Assembly: GCF_006345805.1 (NCBI RefSeq)
Contig: NC_043000.1
Span: forward strand, 56,048,001-56,112,000
Length of the DNA stretch: 64,000 nt
Source of the DNA: Octopus sinensis
Taxonomy: Eukaryota
Reading direction: 5' to 3'
The translations under genes and the position numbers were made by a program. The notes beneath the pieces are model-generated. The model worked only from the letters and a program-made list of their open reading frames with translations. It made no database searches and was not told the DNA's origin. Of the stretch, positions 1-11,841 are shown one piece after another (positions within the stretch are counted from its first letter, which is position 1; each line of letters opens with the position of its first letter).

Positions 1-3000
1 CTTGTCCTTACCATCCAGAAAGACATGATCAGGAAAGACGTTCTGGGGAAGACTAGGCGAAGTATTTAGTGGATGGTGAGGCAAAGATGTGAAATGGAAA
101 GACAAATGAGTGTGCTTGAGTGGAGGTGGCACAAAGCCAACCAATTCCAAGGAACAGTGGCCACTACAGTAGTGATAAAGAAAAATGAAAAAACGGAAGA
201 CAACACGCCAGTGGAGCAAAGGCTGGAGTGTATCTATGAGTGAATAGTTTTACGCTAATTGCTTCTCTCTATAATGTGTGTGTAATTTTTCTTCAAAATC
301 TTTTTCTAAACGTATTTATTCTTCATAATCTTTCTGAAAACGTTTATGTTTACAGTCTAACTCAAGAAAAAAAATTTTTTTTCAAATTTGCTTGCTTCTC
401 CGTTAAAGGGTTTTGCTCCAACCATTAGCAATTGCTTCTTACGGAATACGAACTTATCTAGATTTATAGTCTTTGTTGCATATCTATTATTAGGTAGATT
501 GAGCTAACAAAATTTAAATCTCCTTGCCAAAGGCGGAGTATACTGTTTGCAGTCAGAAATTAACTATCGACCCACAAATAGTTAGTCTGGCATCTCGATG
601 ACTCAGCCAACTCAAGCACTCTTGTATGTTTGTGAGTGATTCATAGATTTGTGTTCTTCTTCCAGCTCCAAACAATATTGTAAACACGAATATCATTTCG
701 TAACTGCGTAGTTTGCATTTAGAAAGATATTTTGATGTTAGAAATATGAATAGAAATTCATGCAAATATTTGAATATATAAACCCATCAAACTTAATGGC
801 AAAATAAAACAAATGTATAAAAAATAATTTCTGAAAATAAAAAACAAGTCGATTTCTGTTTCACCAGAAAGAATCCTATTAGTTTACTTTTACGCTTGCC
901 TCTGTGATTCTTTCACCATCTTTCACTCGGAAGAAAAGTTATATTAAGTTGTAATTTTGCTTTGAAAAAAAATCTTTGAAAAATTACTGTCACTCAAAGC
1001 AACTAATGCTTAAGTCTGAATACTTGATCAATTAATTATATCAAATAAAATGCGCAAAAATTGTGATTCCCGTGTCAGACAAAAGCCACAGAGAATTTTC
1101 AAAGGTCTTTAAATCCTAACATATTTCTCAGTAATGTCTACTTAAGATTTATCCCCAAGTATCCATATTGTCAAGTGTACAGAATAAAACTAAAGTTTAG
1201 GCTAAGAAGCTTGTCATTTATTCTTACTGAGATACACACGAGTAATGTTAGATTTCTCAGAACACATAAATACATTCGCAACAACAACAATAACAAAACA
1301 GAAAAATTAAAAACAAGAACTAAAATAAAAAGACATCAAGGTATGTAAAGAAAAAGGAATTTTCTAGTATATTCCATCAGAAGAAAATAGATTATTTAAA
1401 TGTCTCCATTGAGAATCAACCTATATATTGTCAGACAGAAACCGTTAACTTGATTTAAACAAGGGCAAAATCTATATAAATGTCAAAATGAAAAATGGCA
1501 AAGTATCATTTTGGAAAATGCTGTTGAATTGACAATACTGTTAAACACAACATTGTTTTCTTTCTTTTCTTCCTGTCCTTCTTTTTTTATATATTTCATT
1601 TTCTTTAGTCTTGCTTTTCTAAAGAGCATAGGTAAATTTCAATCGGCTGAATCATTAGAATACCATAATGCTAACCAAAGATTCAATGGTTTCTGTCCAT
1701 TCTTTGGTGTTGTGCTTTTTGTGTAAGTAAAGACAACTCAGATCTCAATGGACCATCCATCAAGTTACAAACAGGTAGCACGTAAAGATACAATATATAT
1801 TGTAATAAATTATGAACCCAGTATGAGTGATTACTTAGCGCATCATTAAATTACAGTGCTGAGTTTGAGTTCTCCCACAAGCCAAATCAACTACCAAACC
1901 ACTATAATCTCTTTCCTTGCATGATTATGTGGATATTAAGCTTCTGATACAATAAAACAACTATTCATATTATTTGTGTGTTTGCGTATAAGTGTATGTG
2001 CTTTTATGACTGAGAGCATATGCATATGCATACATGTGTGTGTGTGTGTGTGTTAGTATGCATGAATGTGTACATACTAGGAGAATACCTGATGTTGCAG
2101 ACTGAAAAGTAGCTATAAATTGCCTAAAATTGCTTTTAATAGAGACATTTTCATTTTCATAGAACCTCTTGTCAGCATACACAATGCTTTTGATTTAAAA
2201 TTTCAGCCAAAACTAAAACTGATGGATATTTCACAGTATTTTAATAACCTGGTGAAAAGGACTTTAAGATTCTTGCCTGTAGGTATAGAAACTTCTGATA
2301 AAGTTGCATCTGATTGTACATTGTTCTCTAAAAGTCCACGTCTAAATTATATCACACTGTAAGCGGGGCAAACTTCGTCATTGACTATTCAAAGAACTTA
2401 GAATAAATTTTAATTTCACACTTTATGGAGAAGTCGTAGAGAGAAGCACTCACGTTGAATGGCATGTACAGTAGATTCTCTTCCAATGGTCCAAGAGTAC
2501 TGACAAACTTTATGTCAATTCAGCCTTCAACAGTGGAACCTTGCTTTCTTCGACTCCATTGCTTTTTGTTCTATGTTGTGTAGAATGGAGCTTGGTGTTA
2601 CAGCAACACTTTTTGCAAGGAAAATATGCTGGTACAGCAGGAAAATGGCAATAAGCATTGTGTCCCTCGAGCATCCTCGAACAAACATTGTGCTGCTGTG
2701 CAGTCGTAGCTACTTGGGTGCTGTAAACCTGTTGCTGTTTTCCAAGAAAAGAGCAAGTTCTTGAATGCTGGGGAATTTTTGTGATGAGGAGAAGCAAAAA
2801 ATCGTCAGAAAGCCTTATTGTCATTGGTGCATTGACTCTAAGGGAATTGGATGACTTCATCTGATTGTTTTACAGTATCAGTGCAAACATTGTAACGCCA
2901 GATCCCTTGATGGTGTATTTCTAGGACATAATTACAAAACTGAAAACTGATATGTGCGATAAATATCTTCGTCTGACTAGGACAGTGGGAAATTATCTAT

Positions 3001-3770
3001 CAATTGTCGAGTTGATGTTCATATATGAAGGTGAAGAGAGCTTCTATTTTCTGGTATTTTTCTGTAAAAGTAATAGCCATCTTCAGTCTATTTGGATCTC
3101 CTTGATAAATGATCTGGGAAACCGTTTGGTGCTTCAGTTATCTTCCATGAAAAATTATTTCGCCTTGATAGCACTACAAGAACCATGAGTCATCTGGGCT
3201 TTCAACAATATTGGAAATCTTTCTCTTTGCTATGGTCTGGTGGCTTTGATATATAATGGAATCAATTTAATTTGAGTGAAACTATTTATTAATCAGACCA
3301 AAATAGATGTATGCTAATGGTTACTTGTGACACTTCACTAGTCCAAATATTTGGCACTTAGTTATCAAAGTCGTCGCCTTGCGCAATTTTAGCAGAAATC
3401 TCTCCGTCAGTGGTAATGTACTTGTGAGTGTGTGCTCAGACTAGAAAGATCCCTTCTTGAATTTCTTTCCATTTGAAGTTGCAGGTAAAAGTAATGCAGA
3501 GTTCTACTGTAGTAATGTTAAAAATAATTACGATTACAATGTTAAAAAAATAACTATTTATCCCTATCCTGTAGTAAGGCTCCAACTGAGATTTGAACTA
3601 TAGCTTTCAGAGTTTCCCATTCTAGAACCTGAACGAATGTATTTCCATAAATGAAAAATTGTTGTCATAAAAGATATTGACACTTGCATGCATAAAGCAC
3701 ATGCTAACTTCAAAGTAATGCATCTAGTTTTCCCGCCAAACAGTTTGGTCGAAGGTATTAGAGACTGGCT

Positions 3771-4135
3771 TAAGGCGGCGAGCTGGCAGAAACGTTAGCA
3801 CGCCGGGCGAAATGCTCAGCAGTATTTCATCTGTCACTACGTTCTGAGTTCAAATTCCACTGAGGTCGACTTTGCCTTTAATCCTTTAGGGGTCGATTAA
3901 ATAAGTACCAGTTATGCACTGGGGTCGATATAATCGACTTAATCCGTTTGTCTGTCCTTGTTTGTCCTCCCTGAGTTTGGCTCCTTGTGGGTAGTAAAGA
4001 AATAGGTATTTCGTCTGCCGTTACGTTCTGAGTTCAAATTCCACCGACTGGGGTCGATATAATCGACTTAATCCGTTTGTCTGTCCTTGTTTGTCCCCTC
4101 TATGTTTAGCCCTTTGTGGGTAATAAAGAAACAGG
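3771..4135 (+). mobile_element. tRNA-derived SINE family A (with internal tandem duplication of the 3' half)
   Basis: Head ggcggcgagctggcagaaacgttagc, B-box-like gagttcaaattcc. Other copies at ~9650-9872(-), 10688-10895(+), 25290-25520(-), 28390-28600(+), 30425-30640(+), 32830-33080(+), 34115-34290(-), 37310-37710(-), 49690-50020(-), 54330-54720, 60680-60890(-), 61215-61590(-). Confidence 0.85.
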
Positions 4136-5082
4136 TACGAGAGGTTGGCTTATTCATATTCAGAACAGAGAACCTCCAAGCCATTTAGGGGAGGCTATGT
4201 CATTTGTTCTAATAAACTGGTCTTTCTCCCCACTTTCACTTTTCTTATGTAACATGCTTATGTTATACAGTAATTTAAATTCCTTACAATGCTTGAATAA
4301 TATTAACCAAGAAGTTATATTACAGAAGTTTCCTAAGTGCTAAGTTCGTTGAACGTTGTTTCATTGATATATTGAATCTACACATATACTGGATATTTTA
4401 TTAACCTGAGACGGGTTAATAAAATATTTCAAAACTTAATTAAATTTTAGTACGGTCATTGTCTTCACACGCAGCCTAACCGATACTATGGACAGCCAAC
4501 TAAGAATATATGACTTACTATCACACTAAATTGTAAAACGCTCATAAAAAGGTAAGATTATATTTGATTGTGGCCGTAATTTAAACTTGCAATTCGTGAC
4601 CGTAATTTGAACTTGCACCCTCAAAATTTGACTTAGCTCTAAAATTCATTAAAATCGGCTCTTCGTGCCATTTTCGATAGCTATGTTTGTATATTTGTGT
4701 GTGTTATGTGTGTGTGGTTAAGAAACTCATTTCGCAGCTGTGCGATCCTGGGTATGTCCCATTGCGTTGTATCTAAGGTAAATGTTTTAATACCATAGCC
4801 TCAGACACGCCACAACTTCCCGAGAAGCACGTACAATTAATTGAAAATGCAATTCAAAGGTTCGGTTTTGTCACACTCTGTGTCACGCTGTTTCTTCTGT
4901 GGAATTACATAAAAGGTATGTGTGTCTGGGGAATAGTAAGACACTTCACACACTCATCCAATAAATCGATAGTTCATTGATTTATTGAATTAGGGTGTGA
5001 GGTGTCTGACTTACGACAATGACGTATCAGTGTCCATTGAACAAGTGGACACTAATATACCATTGTCGACAAGAGAATAGAT

Positions 5083-5151
5083 TGCACACACACACGCGCG
5101 CACACACATATATACATCCAGACAGACAGACAGACAGACAGACAGGCAGAC

Positions 5152-5219
<68 letters not shown>

Positions 5220-5220
5220 G
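5083..5220. repeat. Compound (CA)/(GACA)/(GATA)n microsatellite
   Basis: Directly visible. Similar arrays at ~6757-6843, 14620-14700, 15005-15500, 17238-17340, 40440-40530, 42880-43190, 46960-47015, 52865-53020. Confidence 0.95.
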
Positions 5221-5716
5221 TGCATATATGAGCATATATATGTATATCATGTGCATGCATGTGTGAATTTAGAGAGATATTTTACCCAGATGGATACTGT
5301 GCTAGCTCTCATTCATGTTCCAGGTTTCGGGTAACCGCATCGTTTTGTATTTAACATCTATGACTACTATGGGTTATCACTCATGCTGTAAACTCCTCTG
5401 ATATGTAATTCTATGTCCGCTTCACTTGTTGGTAATATTATCTGGAAGTGTATATTAGCAATAATTATTGAACTTAAATAGAGCTTAATCACATTTATAG
5501 CTTAGATAGTTATGCATAATTTTAACAAAAATAAGCTAAGATAAAAACGATTCAGAGTGGTCACCAGAATGTATTTGACGAATACAGACAAATACAAGTG
5601 TATTAATTACCATACAACATAAATTAGTGACTTTTTGAAATTATCTCCAGCTCTGCTGGATGTATCATAGTCACTAAATGCGTTCTTGTCCCAGTTTGTG
5701 TTTTTTTACATTTATC

Positions 5717-5747
<31 letters not shown>

Positions 5748-6756
5748 CGTGTGTGTACAGGTGTATGCAGGTGTGTTTGCTTACGTCTTCAATCATTTGT
5801 ATGAAAGTGTGTGTATGCATTATCTTTGTCAATATTGTTGTTTGGGCAATGCGTCGAACATGGTCACAGCTGAATGGCTAAAAACAGCAAAAAAGATTTT
5901 TTTAAATCTGTCTGGTTGTCTGTCTCTTAAGTGTATGTTGTGATTGTATATGTAGAGGCGAAGTTAATGATTTTATTTTGCTCTTTCATTTTATAACTTG
6001 TCTTTTCTTCATTTCCCTCTTTCTTCTTACACCTCGCTGACAGCTAAATCTTAAGGCACAAGTGAATATGTTTATCAGTCAAATTCCTTGCTCTCTCTCT
6101 CTCTCTCCTGTCAAACCTTTGACCTGTCTGCTAAATTCCTAAGAAACTAATTAAATCTAAAGCAAAGACATAACTTGTACACGTTTCAGATATTTTAATA
6201 TAAATTCTACTTAGATGTGAACTTTTACGTATATAATTTTGAGTTCTGTCACTATGGTAACTTTAAACGAATTTTTTTCAAAATTAATGTACAATGTACA
6301 GAGAACCAAATTTTCTCTCTAAATCTTCCTGCTATGGGCTTCACTAGTCTATAAGATAAGAAGTTCCTTGTGAAACTATTTCCTCAAAACATATATTGAT
6401 ATGTCCCTCTCTCTTTTATCTAACTTCCACTCTCTTGTGTCTCAATGTCAGACTTCTCTGCCTTTGCTCTGCTATCCCTTACACCAATGATCTACTTACT
6501 TTTACTTCTAGCCAAACCTCTTTATAGGCATACATACATGCACGCACACACATGCACACACACATACATAATGTTATAATAGAAAACCACAAATCCTGTT
6601 CAATACAGCTTGATAAATGGTGAAATGAATTATTATTTCCATCAGGAAACCCTGGATAAAGCTGTATTTAACAAGATTTTTGATTTTCTATTATAACATT
6701 AGCTTTACTCTCTTAGCTGATTGAGTGCTTTTCTGCTGGTTGAAGCATTACCACAT

Positions 6757-6789
<33 letters not shown>

Positions 6790-6796
6790 TATATAT

Positions 6797-6841
<45 letters not shown>

Positions 6842-6909
6842 TGAATTTTTGCGTAATGAGATTAAAAAAACCAAGGCTGTATAGATATTAGAGTATTTAT
6901 AGATAGAAG

Positions 6910-6961
6910 GTCTTACAGCTGTTTCAAGGATATCAATTAATAATATCCCTTCATCGGAGAC
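6910..6961 (-). ncRNA. Minimal type-I hammerhead-ribozyme-like motif (Penelope-type) with a U4C change
   Basis: GUCU-CCGAUGA-AGGGAUAU(loop)AUAUCCUU-GAAAC-AGCU-GU-A-AGAC: stems I and II, palindromic stem III (ACAGCUGU), GUA cleavage triplet. Confidence 0.6.
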
Positions 6962-7429
6962 AGTGTGAGAGGAAAAATTAAGTCATAGTTTATTTATATA
7001 TAAATTAGAAAAAAAATACCTTTTATCAATTCAATAATGAAAAATTAAATTATACCATTTAGAAAAATTACATATTGTAGAAAGAATAAATTTTAGATGT
7101 ATATATTTAGATGTATATATTTTAGATGTATATATTTAGTAGAATAACTAGAATACGTTTTATTTACTATTTTGTACATTACTTAATCATTGTTATATGT
7201 TTTATCTTATATTTATCCTTTCTATAATATGTAATTTTTCTAAATGGTATAATTTAATTTTAATTTATCACCAAAAATGGGCTGAGAATTGAGGCTTTAT
7301 AGACACCTACCTACCCACTAAATTCATTGCTGAGACTGTTGCTCATTCTCATCATGCTGAGTGTATCACTGTACATGCTCATATGGACCTTACAAGCCCT
7401 TCCTCTACACTTTTTACTTTGTAACATTA

Positions 7430-7818
7430 CTCTTTTACTTGTTTCAGTCATTTGACTGTGGCTATGCTGGAGCACCGCCTTTAGTTGAGCGAATCGACCC
7501 CGGGACTTATTCTTTTTGTAAGCCCAGTACTTATTTTATTGGTCTCTTTTGCCGAACCGCTAAGTTACGGGGACGTAAACACACCAGCATCGGTTGTCAA
7601 GCGATGTTGGGGGGACAAACACAGACACACAAACATATACACACACACATACATATATACGATGGGATTCTTTCAGTTTCCGTTTATCAAATCCACTCAC
7701 AAGGCTTTGGTCAGCCCAAGGCAATAGTAAAAGACACTTGCCCAAGGTGCCACACAGTGGGACTGAACCCAGAACCATGTGGTTGGGAAGCAAGCTACTT
7801 ACCCCACGGCCACTCCTA
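7430..7818 (-). mobile_element. SINE family B copy
   Basis: Reverse complement of the 24582 element. Confidence 0.85.
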
Positions 7819-7829
7819 GACTACAAATT

Positions 7830-9420
7830 GTTGCATTCTTTCAAAGGACTGCCAAGTATGGTGACTTGTTCCCTACTAATAACTTCTCCTTTTGTGCTCT
7901 CACTAGGAAGAGAGTATCAGATGTGCCCTCCCTCGAATAGCATCTCGTCTCAGTTGATTTTCTTCCTAATTACCTTCTATTATTTTCATAACATGGTCCA
8001 TCAACTTGATACCACTGTGGCTGCTTTTTTGCAGAGCATCACCCTAGCTCCTGTATCGGGTGATAATTCTACAACACAAGTCATCAAGAATGGTACATTA
8101 CTGTACAATGTGATTGATTACGTGAGTGCCTAGCATGTTTTCTACTTTACCAGATATTTTCACAACCTCAGCGACTATCCCCGGTTCTTTGCCTACTTTC
8201 ATATATTTAATAGGCATTTCGACCGTAGAGCTGTAAATTTCAGTCACTGATTCATCTGTTGGGATTACTACTCGGCATGCATTCATCTTATCCAGTCACC
8301 CCTTTTAGTTGTAGTTCCATGTCCCTTTCTTCGGCATGCATTCATCTTATTCAGTAACCCTCTTTAGTTGTATTTTCATGCCCCTCATGCATTCATCATA
8401 TTCAGTAACCTCCTTTAGGTGTATTTCCATGCCCCCTTTCTTGTCGGCATTAGTCAGTGAAAGAACACCCCTTAACATTACGTAATTAGTTTTCACAATG
8501 ATGTTCTCAAGCTTCTGATCTCACCACGTAGCAAAGCATTGGTAATAACTCTTATTTTCACTTTTTGCTCTGCTATACCTAATATCTAGTTTCTCTTCTA
8601 TTACCTAGTATTGACCCCTGCTCCCAACTTCTTTCCATTATTTTCAGGCTGTAACTTTACAAACCATTCCACTACTTTTCTGTCAAACTGGCACAATCTT
8701 GTTCCATCAATGAACCGTAATCCACCAACAATGCTCTTGTTCACACTGCTTTGCTGTCTGGAACACCTCATGCCTCTGACCCTCACATCACAGAAAATTT
8801 GAGAAATTATCTTACTTTTTGCTTCTCTTCTTGTTACGTGTATCTGAGGTTTAGCTTTTACAGCTATTTCATGTTATTTCTGTTTTTCCATCAATTCTTT
8901 CCAGGTCTTTCTCTTCTATTTCTCCATCGACTGAAGCATTCAAAGACAGAGAGTGGGTTGCCAGTTCTTTGAGGTGCTACCATGCTTTGTATGCTTGTGC
9001 GAGCCATGTAAGCTTGTCCAGAGATGTGTCTCCCAATTGTCTTCTATATTAAATGTCTTTATCTTCTTCACAGTATACACATTAGCTTGTAATGTGTTTA
9101 ATCTGAGTCTAGTCAAGGATCTTTCAGCTTCCAGATTTTCTTGCCCTTGTGTTTCTTGGTCCATCAAGCTCTTACTCTGTTACTAGTCACTAACCTATAC
9201 CAGGTAGTATATTCCTCAACAGCTTGATATTCACCCAACTTTTTGTTCCCTTTCTTGGTGAGTATGAAACCTGTTAAGCTTGAAGATTCACTAAAGTTAA
9301 CTGAAGTTTGTATTCCAAATGATTAGGTTATTAATATCACAAAACTCTATCAGCTTTAATCTTTCTTCATTCCATGTACAATAATCCATTTTCATTCGAA
9401 TAGCCCAAAGCCATCAGCCA
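7830..9420 (-). mobile_element. RTE-clade LINE fragment (APE endonuclease to RT N-terminus), decayed
   Basis: Minus-strand LIEFCDINNLIIWNTNF (APE) and MKVGKEPGIVAEVVKISG...GDALQKSSHSGIKLMDH (RT domain 0/1, cf. GKAPGPSGIVAEM...KGDALERSNYRGIKL). Many stops. Confidence 0.75.
8274..8450. repeat. Three-copy ~55-bp minisatellite within the RTE fragment
   Basis: catgcattcatcttat(t/c)cagt(c/a)accc...ttagttgta repeated three times. Confidence 0.85.
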
Positions 9421-10645
9421 AAACACTCATATATGTATACAGTAGATATACAGACAGAGTGAATTCAGCTATTTCTCAGTAGATTGAAAAAAATTTTGAA
9501 GCGCCTTAATTGATTTTGAAACTCATTGGATTTTCATCTGAGGTGTCTATACCACTTAACCAACCCCAGATATACAAATAACCAATCTGTCTATATACAC
9601 AACAAATGTAGTAACTACCAAGAACTGGGGCTAAAAATTTGCATACTTATTTCTATACTACCCACAAGGGGCTAAACACAGAGAGGACAAACAAGGACAG
9701 ACAAATGGATTAAGTTGATTACATCGACCCCAGTCCATAACTGGTACTTAATTTATCGATCCCGAAAGGATGAAAGGCAAAGTCAACCTCGGCGGAATAT
9801 GAACTCAGAACATAACGGCAGAGAAAATACGGCTGCGCATTTCGCCCAGTGTGCTAACGTTTCTGCCAACTCGTAAGTATTTAACACCGTAAGTATTTAA
9901 CACTTTATTTCATATCAGCACCTGGTCAACAAGGATCTCACTTTACACAACATTAAGAGCAATTTTTGCAATAGATATACAAACAGTAAATTTAACTATT
10001 TCTCCATAAAGTACTTAGGAAGAATACATTAATACTACCAACCGGTCAGTATAGCAGGCAATGCATAATGATATTAAGGATCCTGTGAATACATTATATG
10101 TAACAGCGGACGCTGCATATTTAATGCAATATATAATATGTGACAATGTAACATTATGTAATATTGTGTAATAAAATAATACACATTAATAATGTTTCCA
10201 TAGTCAGGTTATGGAAACATACATAACATAAATTGAGCTGTCCGTTTATATTCCTTTATTATATGTGTGTATATGTTAGACTGTGCATGTACATTAGCAT
10301 GTGTGTGTGTAGTTATGTGTGTGTGCGCATGTAGTTACACACATAGCAAATAAACATGGAGTGAATCAACTTTGAACAAGTAAATACAGAATGTATAGAA
10401 ATCAGGGCATGTTTGAAATGTTTACTTTTTAACCAAATGATTCAAGACTTGATCCTGCCTGTGGCACTTGGATCAATTATCTTCTACCATAGCATCTGTT
10501 TCGCAAAAGAAATCGAATAGATGGAAATGATCTTGTGCGTATATGTGTTTGTGTGTATATTCGTGTATACCAGTGTAAGTCGATGCATCGCTAAATGGAC
10601 ATAGCTAGCAACTGAAATTCAGTAAACTTATTTTCAGATCAAATT

Positions 10646-11140
10646 CAGGCATAACTCAACTTACATCGGTGGGTGGTTCCATGGCATTAACGCCGGTGAG
10701 CTGGCAGAATCATTAGCACACCAGGCAAAATGCTTAGTGGCATTTTGTCTGTCTTTGCATTCTGAGTTCAAGCTCTGCTGAGATTGATTTTTGCCTTTCA
10801 CCCTTTCGGGGTCGATTAAAGTCAGTACCAGTGGAACATTAATGGTCGACTTAACTCCACTTCCAAAATTGCTGGCCTTGTGCCAAAATTCGAAAATAAT
10901 TAGTTCCAAGACGTAACACAAAAATTATTTTTAAAAATTTATATATTTATAATAAATGTTTATTTTTACATATTTTTCTATGTACTTTATTTGATTTTCA
11001 ACTTCAGTATTGGTTTTTAGGCGATTTTGGCCTTAAATTTTATGCTTCTAAATATGTTCACTGAGACCAACGTAAGTTGAGGTTTATTTATTAAAAACAA
11101 ACAAAAATAAAGCGAAATGATGTAAGTTGAGATATGCCTG
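10646..11140. mobile_element. pogo/Tigger-like MITE with a SINE inserted at ~10688-10895
   Basis: Terminal inverted repeats CAGGCATAACTCAACTTACATC / GATGTAAGTTGAGATATGCCTG, followed by TA on the right. Confidence 0.5.
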
Positions 11141-11841
11141 TACTGGGTTCTATCTGGTTGAACAAAATTCTTCGACGCGATGCTCTTGTATTACCTCGAT
11201 CTAATGACTTGTAAAAGAATAAATGTTTATTTAATACTTAACAGTTATTCAATTCCCACAAGAATGACATTTTCTTTCACATATAACACATCAACCATTA
11301 AAAGTTATCAGGACAGACGGTTTTATTGATGTCTCAGATAATATTTGCAGCTAGAATTAATCCGAAGTATAAGAGGAAATTAATAATTATTAATTAACTG
11401 CTAAGATATATTTTAATGTGACATTATGCATTATAAGCTCTAATCTGAGATTAAAAATTAAGCAGTAAATAAAACTTGCTGACACTTCAGTTATGCAGCT
11501 GTTGTGTGCTAGATGGCAACTTCGCCAATTACACCGCAGCATACCAAAATGTTGAGCTGACATAGATAAATAATTAAACTCTACATTTTGCCAAGTATAT
11601 CTCTTTCCTTCTCTCTCTCTCTCCCTCTCTCTTAGTGTGTATAGAGTGAAGAATTAAGATAAATACCAGCATGGATATTTAGTTCCTTCATACATTTCAA
11701 CAGTGTCGTTGTCTTGAACACAGCATCAGATGTTCTGAGTGTATTTGGACGTCTAACCACAACAGATCATCAGAGGAACACATCATGACATTCTGTTAGA
11801 GATCTAATAATCAAATATCTATGTGTGTGTGTGTGTGTGTG

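Noticed and set aside
641-2507. Possible minus-strand gene end: FVSTLGPLEENLLYMPFN (2454-2507) + LRNDIRVYNIVWSWKKNTNL* (641-703)
   Set aside because: The acceptor for 2507 has no polypyrimidine tract, 2400-3250 may be a decayed LINE endonuclease on the plus strand, and no protein family is recognised. Needs RNA evidence.
2510-2860. 116-aa minus-strand ORF
   Set aside because: No recognisable domain; lies in probable decayed LINE sequence.
8029-8120. Plus-strand exon-like segment ttttttgcag|SITLAPVSGDNSTTQVIKNGTLLYNVIDY|gtgagt
   Set aside because: It is the antisense reading of the RTE reverse-transcriptase N-terminus (minus strand GK.PGIVAE...GDAL...GIKL); the splice-like sites are coincidental.
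7361-8133. 152- and 179-aa plus-strand ORFs
   Set aside because: Antisense translations of SINE-B and the RTE fragment.
8274-8450. Regularly spaced repeats considered as a CRISPR-like array
   Set aside because: Contiguous tandem minisatellite without unique spacers, in eukaryotic LINE DNA.
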